From an uncultured Bacillota bacterium (GTDB taxonomy: Bacteria > Bacillota_I > Bacilli_A > RFN20 > CAG-288), in contig CASDVP010000009.1 in assembly GCA_949284445.1 (NCBI GenBank), positions 14,609 through 78,608 of the forward strand: a stretch of DNA of 64,000 bases. The letters run 5' to 3'. The notes under the pieces were generated by a model, which was given only the letters and a program-made list of their open reading frames with translations, made no database searches and was not told the DNA's origin. The position numbers and the translations under genes are program-made. Below, piece by piece: positions 21,750 to 32,206 of this stretch (its first letter is position 1; each line of letters opens with the position of its first letter).

Positions 21750-23069
21750 TTATAAATCTAAACTGTTTTGATCTAATAAAAATTCTTTTAAACCGATTAT
21801 TAAAATGCCATTGTCTTTTCGATAATGCTTAAAGTTGTTTCTTACTACGATTATTTTCTTAAAATAATCTCTTATATTAGTCAGCGGTTTTTCTTCCTGT
21901 TCCATTTTGTGAATATCTTCGATCGAATAGACTGATTGAACATAATATTTTTTACTTTCTTGATAGCAAACAAAATCAACTTCTAACTGCTTTCTTACAT
22001 AATTTTGGTTTATATTTTTTTCACTGATTTCTACTGAACCAACATCGATGTTGTATCCTCGATATTTAAGCTCGTTATAGATGATGTTCTCCATGATATG
22101 AGGTGGGTCTTGCTCTCTAAAGTTTAAGCGTGAATTTCTTAAACCGATATCTGAAAAATAATATTTTGATTTTGCTTTGATATATCTTCTTCCCTTTATG
22201 TCATATCTGTTCGCCTCATCGATTAAAAAGCTATCTTTCAGGTATCCGATATGCTTTTTAATGGTTGGACGAGTATAAATGATTTTAGATTTACTTTTGA
22301 ATGTGTTCTCAATATTAGTTGGACTAGTGAAGGAGCCGATTGAGGAAGCTAATATATCAATCAATCTTTCAAATGAATCCTGGTCTTCTATTCCGTTTCT
22401 TTCTACGATATCTTTAATATAAATTTCAGTGAATAAATTGCTGAGATAAGAAGCTTTTTGCTTTTCACTGCTCATAGATAGAATAAGAGGCATCCCACCA
22501 TAATAGGTGTAGTCTTCATATGCTTTTTCAAATTCTATTTCTTTCTGTGCAGAATAAAACTCTTTAAATGATAGAGGATACACTTTTATCTGATCTCCTC
22601 TTCCTCTGAATGTGGTGATGATATCGTTGGATAATAAATGAGAGTTGCTACCGGTCACATAGATGTCTAAATTTGGTTTCCTTAAATAACTGTTTAAAGT
22701 TCCGACGAAGTTATCTAGTAATTGAATCTCGTCTAACAGCAGGTAATATGGTCCATCATCGATTATCAAATCATTGATATAAGCTCGGAATTTTTTTGAA
22801 TTTACTAGAAAAATACGGTTGGATTTATCATATATTTTTGTTGGCTCGTCATTATGATATTTTTCTAATTTATCGATATCTTCATCAGTATCGAAAGCAA
22901 AGGTGATTATTCTTTCTTTAGGTATCCCCTTTTTGATCAAATAATCATAAAACAATTTAAAAACCAAATAAGATTTTCCACATCTTCTTATTCCAGTGAT
23001 AACTTTTACTAAGCCATTGTTCATTCTTGATATCAAATCATTTAAATATAGATCTCTGTTTATGGTCAT
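21750..23069 (-). CDS. AAA_14 ATPase with DUF4143 (PD-(D/E)xK-like) C-terminus
   Basis: TGIRRCGKS, LLDEIQ, VTGSNS, YGGMP, KYYFSDIGLRN, EVDFV. Start moved to MTINRD. Confidence 0.92.
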   Translation of the reverse strand: MTINRDLYLNDLISRMNNGLVKVITGIRRCGKSYLVFKLFYDYLIKKGIPKERIITFAFDTDEDIDKLEKYHNDEPTKIYDKSNRIFLVNSKKFRAYINDLIIDDGPYYLLLDEIQLLDNFVGTLNSYLRKPNLDIYVTGSNSHLLSNDIITTFRGRGDQIKVYPLSFKEFYSAQKEIEFEKAYEDYTYYGGMPLILSMSSEKQKASYLSNLFTEIYIKDIVERNGIEDQDSFERLIDILASSIGSFTSPTNIENTFKSKSKIIYTRPTIKKHIGYLKDSFLIDEANRYDIKGRRYIKAKSKYYFSDIGLRNSRLNFREQDPPHIMENIIYNELKYRGYNIDVGSVEISEKNINQNYVRKQLEVDFVCYQESKKYYVQSVYSIEDIHKMEQEEKPLTNIRDYFKKIIVVRNNFKHYRKDNGILIIGLKEFLLDQNSLDL

Positions 23070-23224
23070 AATTGATCCTTCACTTTCATTTTCAGATTTT
23101 GCAAGTTCTTGCAATTTTCGAAAATGACGAATGCTTTTCAAACGTTAAAATCACTTTAAGTCTCTTTTGTTTGTGAGCAGAAAACACTTCTCTATAAGAA
23201 TAATAACTATCAAAAAATGTATTT

Positions 23225-24350
23225 ATGTTAAAAAGAAAAATAGATTTATATTTATCCGAATGAAAAAAATCGCCCAATAAGAAACCTCTGATTATCAAAG
23301 GCATGAGACAAGTTGGTAAAACCACTTCGATCAGAAATTTTAGCCATAGTTATGATTGTTTTTAGAGGTGAATTTTGTACTGGAACCGAAGTATAAAGCA
23401 GTATTTGAAGACACTGATGATGCTGAAGAGATTGTGAAACGCATCTCATTATTGAATAACAAACAGATTTTACCTGGTAAGACATTATTTTGCTTGATGA
23501 CATTCAAGAATTTCCGAGCGCTTTAACAAGTTTTAAGTCTTTTTATTATGAATAAAAAAATACCACGTTATAGCTTCTGGTTCATTATTCGGAATCGATT
23601 ATAAAAACATAACCTCTGTTCCTGTTGGTGCTAAAGAAGAAATCAAGATGAGATCTTTAGATTTTGAAGAGTTTTTGTGGGCGAAAGGCTATGATTCATC
23701 TTTTGTTGATGAAATATATCAATATTTAATCAATTTAAAAGAACTACCTCCTTTTTATTTGAAACTATTGTTTGATTTATTTGAAGAGTACTTATTGATA
23801 GGTGGTTTGCCTGAAGCTGTTTTTAAATATGCGATGCTAGGTCATGGTGCGAGATTATCCTTGCGTTCAATAGATAAGAGATGCTGGCTTGATCAATATA
23901 GTTAATAATTTAAAACTTTTAGATAAACCATTATCTATTAATAAGTTAGATAATAATTTCCGAATGTATTTTTCAGATACAACTTTATTTTTGAATCAAT
24001 TAGATAAACAAGATAAAGAAAAAATAAGAATAGATAAAGACTATGATATTTTTAACGGCGCTTTTTATGAAAATGTCATCTGTGAAGCTTTGATAAAACA
24101 AGAATTCGAACCTTATTTTTATAAAAGCGAGGATGCTACTGTCGAGCTTGATTTTTTCCTCAGAGTAAAAGATGGCTTAGTTCCGATAGAGGTGAAGAGA
24201 AACCGAGGAAGAAGTTCATAAAGTTTATATTAGATAAAAAATCCCGGTAGATATAAAGCTATCTAAAACTAATATTTCTCACAATGAGAAAATCATCAAT
24301 ATTCTTTACGCATTGACTTTTCTATTACAACGTTTCTTTAATGAATCACC
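23225..24350 (+). pseudogene. Degraded AAA_14/DUF4143 ATPase
   Basis: MLKRKIDLYLSE*KKSPNKKPLIIKGMRQVGKTT, then LLDDIQEF, IASGS, MRSLDFEEF, GGLPEAV, MYFSDT, YENVI, ELDF, PIEVK spread over several frames with stops. Central part appears deleted. End approximate. Confidence 0.85.
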
Positions 24351-24446
24351 GCTTTTCAATTATCATCGATGAGAGAACTGAGTCTTTCAAAACTAGCGAT
24401 ATTTGTTTCTTTTTTGTAAATTATTGAAATGTTTTAAAAAAAATCT

Positions 24447-24474
24447 TTGACTTTTAAATATCATCAATTATAAT
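24447..24474 (+). promoter_or_regulatory. SigA-type promoter of str operon
   Basis: TTGACT-16 nt-TATAAT upstream of rpsL. Confidence 0.75.
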
Positions 24475-24582
24475 TTTCCTTGTCTATGCGCGGGGTTTAG
24501 CCCGTTCTTTTTATGGGAAGAACAGAAAACGCCCGGAGCTGTGGACGAAAAATTAATAATATTTGCATTCGGGAGGAAAGAA

Positions 24583-25008
24583 ATGCCTACTATTAATCAG
24601 TTAGTGCGTCATGAAAGACGCCAACCCGTCTACAAGTCTAAATCACCTGCTTTAGGCAAGAGATGGGATTCATTAAACAAGAGAGAAAGATATATTCCTT
24701 CTCCACAAAAGAAAGGTGTCTGTACTCGTGTCGGTACCATGACTCCTAAAAAACCTAACTCTGCTGCTCGTAAATACGCCAGAGTCAGATTATCCAACGG
24801 TTATGAAGTCACTGCTTATATCGGCGGTGAAGGCCACAACTTACAGGAACACAAAGTCGTCTTGATCAGAGGCGGACACGTCCGTGATTTACCTGGTGTC
24901 AGATATCACATCGTTCGTGGTGCCTTAGAATGTTTCGGTGTTGAAAACCGTAAACAAGGTCGTTCCTTATATGGAACCAAGAAAGACGGCAGCGTCCAGA
25001 AGAAGTAG
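24583..25008 (+). CDS. rpsL: 30S ribosomal protein S12
   Basis: [34 protein letters not shown]. Confidence 0.99.
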   Translation: MPTINQLVRHERRQPVYKSKSPALGKRWDSLNKRERYIPSPQKKGVCTRVGTMTPKKPNSAARKYARVRLSNGYEVTAYIGGEGHNLQEHKVVLIRGGHVRDLPGVRYHIVRGALECFGVENRKQGRSLYGTKKDGSVQKK

Positions 25009-25031
25009 TTTGAAGAAGGAGTAACTATATT

Positions 25032-25505
25032 ATGCCTAGAAAGAATGGTTCTGTTCAAAGAAGAGATGTCCTCCCTGATCCTATCTATAATTCCAAATTG
25101 GTCACAAGACTTATCAACCGTATCATGTTAGATGGTAAAAAGGGCACTGCTCAAACTATCCTCTATGGTGCTTTTGATAAAGTCGCTGCTAAGACTGGAA
25201 AACCCGCTCTCGAAGTCTTCGAAATCGCTTTAGGAAACATCATGCCTGAAGTCGAATTAAAGGCTAGAAGAGTCGGTGCTAGTAACTATCAAGTCCCGAT
25301 CGAAGTCGCCCCTGAAAGAAAAGTGACTTTAGGCCTCAGATGGTTAGTCACCTATGCTCGTTTACGTAACGAGAAGAATATGACCGATAAGCTCGCTGGT
25401 GAAATCATCGATGCTGCTAACGGCACTGGTGGTGCAGTCAAACGTCGTGATGATATGCACAAGACTGCTGAAGCCAACAAAGCTTATGCTCATTATCGTT
25501 GGTAA
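25032..25505 (+). CDS. rpsG: 30S ribosomal protein S7
   Basis: [35 protein letters not shown]. Confidence 0.99.
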   Translation: MPRKNGSVQRRDVLPDPIYNSKLVTRLINRIMLDGKKGTAQTILYGAFDKVAAKTGKPALEVFEIALGNIMPEVELKARRVGASNYQVPIEVAPERKVTLGLRWLVTYARLRNEKNMTDKLAGEIIDAANGTGGAVKRRDDMHKTAEANKAYAHYRW

Positions 25506-25531
25506 TTCGTTTTTTAAAGGAGAAATCACTT

Positions 25532-27661
25532 ATGGCAATGGATAACGACCAGGCGATGGTTGCGACCTACGAGGCCGTACCTCTTGATCATGTTAGAAAC
25601 ATCGGCATCATGGCTCATATCGATGCTGGTAAGACTACTACTTCCGAACGTATCCTCTTCTATACTGGTAAAACCCATAAGATCGGTGAAGTTCATGATG
25701 GCGGTGCTTCCATGGACTTCGATCCTCAGGAACAAAAGAGAGGTATCACTATCTATTCTGCAGCTACAACCTGCTTATGGAAAAATTATCGTATCAATTT
25801 GATCGATACTCCTGGACACGTCGACTTTACCGCTGAGGTTGAAAGATCTTTACGTGTTCTCGATGGTGCTGTCTGTGTTCTCGATGGTAAAAATGGTGTT
25901 GAGCCTCAAACTGAAACCGTTTGGAGACAAGCTGATAAATACAATATTCCTAGAATCGTCTTCGTTAATAAATTGGATGCGACTGGTGCAGACTTCGAAA
26001 TGTCAGTTGAATCTATCAAGACTAAACTCGGTGGAAATGGTGTTGCTATCGCTTATCCTGTCGGCTTAGAGAATCGTTTGTTAGGTTTGATCGACTTGAT
26101 AGAGATGAAGGCTTGGTTATGGGATTTAGATCCTAAAAAGTCTTCGCTCATGTCACCTAATATCGTCGATTTAGATCAGATTCCTGCTGGCTATGAACAC
26201 GATATCGAACAAGCTAAGCTCTATAGAAGTCATATGTTAGAGCAATTGGCTAATTTCGATGATGATATCATGGCTTGCTTATTAGAAGAGAGCGAACCCA
26301 GTCCTGAAGACATCAAAAAAGCTATCAGAAAATGCGTCTTAGCTGGTTCCATCTATCCTTGTATCCCTGGCTCTGCTTATAAAAATAAGAGCGTCCAATA
26401 CTTATTGGATGCTGTCACTGAATTTTTACCTTCACCATTAGATGTCAAACCTTCTGTCGGTAAAGATTCACAAGGAAACGATGTTGTCTGCAATCCTGAT
26501 CCTAAAGGACCTTTCGTCGCTTTAGCCTTCAAGATCACCACTAACCAATTCGGTAATATGTGCTTCTTCCGTGTCTATTCAGGTTCTATCAAATCTGGTT
26601 CTTATGTTTATAACGTCAGAAAAGGCGCTAAAGAACGTGTCTCACGTTTAATCTTAGTCAACGCTTCTTCTTCTGAAACTATCGGTGAAGCTAAAGCAGG
26701 TGAAATCGCAGCTGCTATCGGCTTCTCTGCAACTAGAACTGGTGATACTTTAGTCGGTGAAAATGATCCGCATATCACTCTTGAATCCATCAAATTTGCT
26801 GATCCTGTCATCTCTGAAGCTATCGAACCAGTTTCTAAGAACGATCAAGATAAGATGGCTACTGCTCTTATCAAATTCACTGAAGAAGATCCTACCTTCC
26901 ACTACTATACCGATAAAGAAACCGGTCAAGGCATCATCGCTGGTGTCGGTGAACTTCAACTCGATGTCAACGTCACTCGTTTAAGAAATGATTACAAGAT
27001 CGCTTGTAAAGTCGGCGCACCTCAGGTCGCTTATAGAGAAACCATCAAAACCACTGCTGAGTGCGAAGGTAAATACATCAAGCAATCCGGTGGTCATGGT
27101 CAATATGGTCACGTCGTCTTCCGTATGGAACCTAACCCTGGTAAGGGTATCGAATTAGTCGATGCTATCACCGGTGGTGCTATTCCTAAGGAATTCATCA
27201 AACCTTCTTTGGACGGCTTGAAGGATGCTATGGAAAGAGGTATGATCGCTGGCTATCCTGTCATCGATGTCAAAGCTACCTTGTTCTATGGTTCCTACCA
27301 CGATGTCGACTCTTCAGAAGCCGCTTATAGATTAGCTTCTCAACAGGCCTTAAAGGTCGCTGCTGAAAAATGTCATCCTGTCATTCTTGAACCTATCGTC
27401 AGAGCTGATATCACCACTCCGCTTGATTATGTCGGAACCGTTATGGGAGATATCTCTTCTAGAAGAGGTTCAGTTGAAGGTATGATTCAAAAAGCTAATG
27501 CTCAAGTCATCACGGCTAAGATCCCATTAGCTAACATGTTCGGTTATATCTCTGATTTGAGATCTATGACTCAAGGTAGAGGTATCTACAACATGGAGTT
27601 CGATCACTATCAAGAAGTCCCTCGTTCTGTTCAAGAAGAGATCGTTAAGAAGAGAGGTTAA
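25532..27661 (+). CDS. fusA: Elongation factor G
   Basis: [45 protein letters not shown] before ATG 25532. Confidence 0.98.
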   Translation: MAMDNDQAMVATYEAVPLDHVRNIGIMAHIDAGKTTTSERILFYTGKTHKIGEVHDGGASMDFDPQEQKRGITIYSAATTCLWKNYRINLIDTPGHVDFTAEVERSLRVLDGAVCVLDGKNGVEPQTETVWRQADKYNIPRIVFVNKLDATGADFEMSVESIKTKLGGNGVAIAYPVGLENRLLGLIDLIEMKAWLWDLDPKKSSLMSPNIVDLDQIPAGYEHDIEQAKLYRSHMLEQLANFDDDIMACLLEESEPSPEDIKKAIRKCVLAGSIYPCIPGSAYKNKSVQYLLDAVTEFLPSPLDVKPSVGKDSQGNDVVCNPDPKGPFVALAFKITTNQFGNMCFFRVYSGSIKSGSYVYNVRKGAKERVSRLILVNASSSETIGEAKAGEIAAAIGFSATRTGDTLVGENDPHITLESIKFADPVISEAIEPVSKNDQDKMATALIKFTEEDPTFHYYTDKETGQGIIAGVGELQLDVNVTRLRNDYKIACKVGAPQVAYRETIKTTAECEGKYIKQSGGHGQYGHVVFRMEPNPGKGIELVDAITGGAIPKEFIKPSLDGLKDAMERGMIAGYPVIDVKATLFYGSYHDVDSSEAAYRLASQQALKVAAEKCHPVILEPIVRADITTPLDYVGTVMGDISSRRGSVEGMIQKANAQVITAKIPLANMFGYISDLRSMTQGRGIYNMEFDHYQEVPRSVQEEIVKKRG

Positions 27662-27672
27662 CACCTCCCTTC

Positions 27673-27701
27673 TTGCAAATTACACTTAAAAAGTGTATAG
27701 T
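27673..27701 (+). promoter_or_regulatory. Internal tuf promoter
   Basis: TTGCAA-17 nt-TATAGT between fusA and tuf. Confidence 0.6.
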
Positions 27702-27735
27702 CATTAAGAATCTATTTTGGAGGAAAAAATAAATT

Positions 27736-28920
27736 ATGGCTAAACAAAAGTTCGACCGTTCCAAGCCGAATGTTAACATCGGTACTATCGGTCACGTTGA
27801 TCACGGAAAGACTACTCTCACTGCTGCTATCACTCAAACCTTAGCTAAAGAAGGCTTAGCCCAAGCTATGCGTTATGATCAGGTTGATGCAGCTCCTGAA
27901 GAGAAAGCTCGTGGTGTTACTATTAACGCTGCTCACATCGAGTACGAAACTGCTAGTAGACACTATTGTCACGTCGACTGCCCTGGACACGCTGACTACA
28001 TCAAGAACATGATCACTGGCGCCGCTCAAATGGATGGTGCTATCTTGGTCGTCGCTGCTACTGATGGTGTTATGCCTCAGACCAGAGAACACGTCTTATT
28101 AGCTCGTCAAGTCGGTGTTCCTTACATCGTTGTTTTCTTAAATAAATGCGATGCTGTCGATGATCCTGAACTTATCGACTTAGTTGAAATGGATGTCCGT
28201 GATTTATTAAGCAAGTACGGTTATCCGGGTGATGAAGTTCCTGTCATCAGAGGTTCTGCCTTAAAGGCTTTAAACGGCGATGCTGATGCTCAAAAATCCA
28301 TCATCGAGCTCATGAATGCTGTTGATTCCTATATCCCAACTCCTGCTAGAGAAAATGACAAACCATTCTTAATGGCTGTCGAAGATGTCATGACCATCAC
28401 CGGTCGTGGTACCGTTGCTACTGGTAGAGTTGAAAGAGGTATCATCCGTCCTAACGATGAAGTCGAAATCGTCGGTATCAAAGATACCCGTAAATGTGTC
28501 TGCACTTCCTTAGAAATGTTCCGTAAGACTCTTGATTATGCTGAGGCTGGTGATAACGTTGGTGCCTTATTAAGAGGTGTCGATCGTGATCAGATCGTCC
28601 GTGGTCAAGTCTTATGCAAACCTGGTTCAGTCACTCCTCATAAGAAGTTTAAGGCTCAAGTCTATGTCTTAAAGAAAGAAGAAGGTGGCCGTCATACCGC
28701 TTTCACCAACAACTATAGACCTCAGTTCTATTTCAGAACTACTGATGTCACTGGCACCATCACTCTTCCTGAAGGCACCCAAATGGTCATGCCTGGCGAT
28801 AACGTTGAGTTAACTGTTGAGCTCATCCATCCTATCGCTATCGAAGCTAACACCAAGTTCTCCATCCGTGAAGGTGGTCACACTGTCGGTGCTGGTACCG
28901 TCTCCGCTTTACTCGACTAA
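27736..28920 (+). CDS. tuf: Elongation factor Tu
   Basis: [30 protein letters not shown]. Confidence 0.99.
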   Translation: MAKQKFDRSKPNVNIGTIGHVDHGKTTLTAAITQTLAKEGLAQAMRYDQVDAAPEEKARGVTINAAHIEYETASRHYCHVDCPGHADYIKNMITGAAQMDGAILVVAATDGVMPQTREHVLLARQVGVPYIVVFLNKCDAVDDPELIDLVEMDVRDLLSKYGYPGDEVPVIRGSALKALNGDADAQKSIIELMNAVDSYIPTPARENDKPFLMAVEDVMTITGRGTVATGRVERGIIRPNDEVEIVGIKDTRKCVCTSLEMFRKTLDYAEAGDNVGALLRGVDRDQIVRGQVLCKPGSVTPHKKFKAQVYVLKKEEGGRHTAFTNNYRPQFYFRTTDVTGTITLPEGTQMVMPGDNVELTVELIHPIAIEANTKFSIREGGHTVGAGTVSALLD

Positions 28921-28941
28921 TCTGTAATTCTTAAGTAAATT

Positions 28942-28973
28942 AAAGCTATCTCAGAAATGAGGTAGCTTTTTTT
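28942..28973 (+). terminator. Rho-independent terminator of str operon
   Basis: AAAGCTATCTCA-GAAA-TGAGGTAGCTTT plus T run. Confidence 0.9.
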
Positions 28974-29074
28974 GATCTCAAAATGTTAAAAATACGCGAT
29001 TTATTGCGAGGTTTTTAAAGAAACACTTGACGAACTGGGGGGGGTGTTAATATTACACGTAGGAGGTAAATGTA

Positions 29075-29332
29075 ATGAGTGATAGTGCAAGAATCCGTCA
29101 TTGTCAAGATACGAAAGAGATGAAAAGAGTCATGGAAGATTTGATCACTGCAGTTTATAAAGTTGAATCACGTGGTGAGAATAGCGCCCTTATGGCCAAG
29201 AAAGCCCCCAAGAATAAACATGGGTTGGTATTCTTATGTACTTTCTGGTTCACGCTTGGAATCGGTAACCTCATCTATGCTCTTCTCCCATCTAAGAATG
29301 ACGATAAAGTCATGCTTAAGATAGATAATTAA
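29075..29332 (+). CDS. Small membrane protein of unknown function
   Basis: Strong AGGAGG RBS. Hydrophobic stretch HGLVFLCTFWFTLGIGNLIYALL. Own promoter and terminator. Confidence 0.8.
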   Translation: MSDSARIRHCQDTKEMKRVMEDLITAVYKVESRGENSALMAKKAPKNKHGLVFLCTFWFTLGIGNLIYALLPSKNDDKVMLKIDN

Positions 29333-29338
29333 TCAAAC

Positions 29339-29385
29339 AAAATATTGCTCGGCAGATCACTACTGACTGTTAGGCAATATTTTTT
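29339..29385. terminator. Probable bidirectional terminator
   Basis: AAAATATTGC...GCAATATTTT inverted repeat between convergent genes. Confidence 0.6.
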
Positions 29386-29526
29386 ATTTGTTCTATTCAT
29401 TTACATAAAAGTTGTCAAATATTACTTCAGGTTTCAAATTTAGAAATACAGGTTGCTTTTGATATAACAAAGCTAATTTTAATATGTAAAATCAGTGTTC
29501 AAGATTCAAAGGCACATATGACTGCT

Positions 29527-32205
29527 TTAGATATCATATTTCGTCAGTATCTTATGCGGAGTTTTTAATAACAAGATAGCTAATGGGATCATAATCGCTA
29601 TGAAGACTAACAGATATCCAGCAAGGGCACCTAGCACAATAGCGCTGACTGGTGCGACTATTGAAGTGATGACAAATATCAAAGCGATCATCAATAAGTA
29701 AGGGATCAGGAATTGAGTAGTCAGAGTGATGAATGTGTTGATCACATAATGCATCACTATTTGAATGCGTTTCATTCCTAAGGAACGATAAATTCCGATC
29801 GCTTTTAAGTCGACAGCCATTTTAGATCTGAATAACAATGCGTAAAGCAGCAATTCTATACCTGCGATGATGATTATTACAGTGTAAACAGTGACGAGAA
29901 CATCGTTATTGGATTGAGAAAGAATGCTGGTATCAGTCGCTTTTAAATCTTCTTTATTTTTGTAATATGAAATTGTTTTAGAAAGATTACCGGTTAAAAA
30001 GATGTAGTAAGTGGTCGATTGTCCAAAAAGATTTCGATAAGTGATAGTTTTTATGCTTTCACCGATTTTTAAATCTACTGGGTGTTTTTCATCAGCATAT
30101 ACCATTAAATCATCATTGCCAGTAAAAGTTCCAATGACGAGATAATTATCTAGGACAAATGACTGATTCGGCTGATAATCTGAGACGATATATTTTAGAT
30201 TATTTAGCCATGATTCATTGATGTAGACTTTAGGATAAGTGCTATAGTTATTTGTTGTGTTAAAGTCTTTGAATTGTGATTTTCCTTCATTTCGACTAGA
30301 GATGGTAGGAACGTTATTAAAGATGTAATTAAAGAATAAATTCGAATACTTCGTGTCGTTTTCAGGAACATATAAACGATAGTCTTGTTCATCAGTGACA
30401 TTGTTATATAATTCTTTTAAAAATGTAGAGGCTTCTTCTTTATCTGTATTTCCTGTCAAATTGATCAGGCTTTTATAGTTCAATAGATAATTTTGAATGC
30501 CTTGTGAGATTTTTATAGTAGAAACAGTTGGATCTTCAATGATTTGTAACTCAGATAATAATTCAAGGAGTTGTTTTCTCTGATTGATAATATCAAAATC
30601 TGAAGATTGATAAATGATGTTTGAGCAGTCATTAAAGAAAGAAAACCAAAATATATCTAGATTATTATTTAAATTACCGACGATGATAAGATTCATCGAA
30701 TAGTCGATGATATCTTTGATCGTATAATTCTTTAGAGCACCATATTCATCATAAAAAGAGATTGTGGTTCCTTTTAAAGACTTTATATCTGGATGCTCAG
30801 AATCGATGAGATTTAAGGCGAATTCTAAACTGATAACCACTTCATCATCTTTGATATCATTCATGTGATCATAGTTGATATAAGAGAGACTTAAATCTTT
30901 ACTGCCAAACAAGTTGCAAGGTTCGTTATTGGTGTAAATCGGATTAAAAGTTAAGTTAGTAACACCTTTTACATTATTTTCGGGATCAAAGATGATCTCT
31001 TTTAATTCTTCGTTTGATAATAGACTGTTTTCTCGATAGATGACAACGTTTTTAGAGCTGTCAAATTGAGAAGCTAAACTATTATAACTTTCGTGCAGAA
31101 CACCGAGTATGGTGGAACCGATCGCTAAGGAGATCGCGATGAATATCGATAAGATCAAAGTTAATTTTCGTTGTTTTTTAGTGATGCTATTTTTAAAGAA
31201 GCCAGGGGTGAAAAAGACATGTTTTCTCTCATTTTTGAAATCAGAAGTGTCGTAAGTATCAACTTGGGAAAGTGCTCTTTTTCTTTTAATTTCTTTTTGT
31301 TCAGCACTGATCTTATCAAAATCAGAAGTTAAATCTTCTTTAGTGACTTGAAAGTCATCAGGAATATAGATATAGTTTTTACCATTTTTAACAAATATTT
31401 TTATCTCTGATGAAGCAGTATTAGTCTCATCACTCATCAGTGAAACATTGATATTTCCGACGGTTGATGAATGATTCTTGATTGTGATCTCTTCTGGTTC
31501 TTCACCAGTTTCAGTCGCTTCTTTTTCTTTATTAAATTCTTTTAGATCCAGTTTACCGTCTTGGATGTGATAAATGATATCTGCGTATTTATTTGCTAGG
31601 TTTTCGTTATGAGTGACACAGATGATCAGCATCTTCTTAGATAACTTTTTAAGTATGTCCATAATAGCAGCGCTATTATCGCTATCTAAATTGCCTGTCG
31701 GTTCATCTGCTAATAAGATTTTAGGCATGATGGCAATAGCTCTTGCTATAGCTACTCTTTGCTTTTGACCAAGCGATAAAGAAGAGGCCTTTCTTCTTTT
31801 ATAAAGGATTAAACCAACCGCTTTTAAAGCAGCATCAATGCGTTTCTTCTGTTCGGATTTATCAACTATTCCACTGATGATCAAACCTCGTCTGATATTC
31901 TCAGTGATAGTGATATCTTCATCGATATAAAAATCTTGAAAGACATAACCGATGTTACAAGCACGATATTTATCAAAAGTAAAAGGCTTATAACCGGATA
32001 CGGTTACCGAATCATCATAAGTTATCTGACCATCATAATCATCAAGACCACCGATGATGTTTAAAAGCGTGGATTTACCAGAGCCAGATTTACCGAGTAA
32101 AATGACTAAACCATTATTCGGAAGTTCTAAAGATAAGGAGCTGACAGCATTGATGGTTTGAGAACCATTTTTGAATTGCTTATCAATATTTGTTAGTTTG
32201 ATCAT
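29527..32205 (-). CDS. Fused ABC ATPase/permease (MacB/FtsX-like)
   Basis: GKSGSGKS, LSLGQKQR, LADEPTGNLD, one TM, large ectodomain, GIYRSLG, three C-terminal TMs. Confidence 0.92.
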   Translation of the reverse strand: MIKLTNIDKQFKNGSQTINAVSSLSLELPNNGLVILLGKSGSGKSTLLNIIGGLDDYDGQITYDDSVTVSGYKPFTFDKYRACNIGYVFQDFYIDEDITITENIRRGLIISGIVDKSEQKKRIDAALKAVGLILYKRRKASSLSLGQKQRVAIARAIAIMPKILLADEPTGNLDSDNSAAIMDILKKLSKKMLIICVTHNENLANKYADIIYHIQDGKLDLKEFNKEKEATETGEEPEEITIKNHSSTVGNINVSLMSDETNTASSEIKIFVKNGKNYIYIPDDFQVTKEDLTSDFDKISAEQKEIKRKRALSQVDTYDTSDFKNERKHVFFTPGFFKNSITKKQRKLTLILSIFIAISLAIGSTILGVLHESYNSLASQFDSSKNVVIYRENSLLSNEELKEIIFDPENNVKGVTNLTFNPIYTNNEPCNLFGSKDLSLSYINYDHMNDIKDDEVVISLEFALNLIDSEHPDIKSLKGTTISFYDEYGALKNYTIKDIIDYSMNLIIVGNLNNNLDIFWFSFFNDCSNIIYQSSDFDIINQRKQLLELLSELQIIEDPTVSTIKISQGIQNYLLNYKSLINLTGNTDKEEASTFLKELYNNVTDEQDYRLYVPENDTKYSNLFFNYIFNNVPTISSRNEGKSQFKDFNTTNNYSTYPKVYINESWLNNLKYIVSDYQPNQSFVLDNYLVIGTFTGNDDLMVYADEKHPVDLKIGESIKTITYRNLFGQSTTYYIFLTGNLSKTISYYKNKEDLKATDTSILSQSNNDVLVTVYTVIIIIAGIELLLYALLFRSKMAVDLKAIGIYRSLGMKRIQIVMHYVINTFITLTTQFLIPYLLMIALIFVITSIVAPVSAIVLGALAGYLLVFIAIMIPLAILLLKTPHKILTKYDI

Positions 32206-32206
32206 C

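Noticed and set aside
23258..23266. In-frame TGA where the family has Trp (LSE*KK), hinting at genetic code 4
   Set aside because: Intact genes use TGG for Trp and TGA as a true stop (dnaX, holB, rsmI, ABC ATPase). This gene also has frameshifts and other stops, so it is a pseudogene.
25526..28092. Many short alternative-frame and antisense ORFs within fusA and tuf (similarly in other long genes)
   Set aside because: Expected from the codon bias of the main genes. No RBS or protein motifs.
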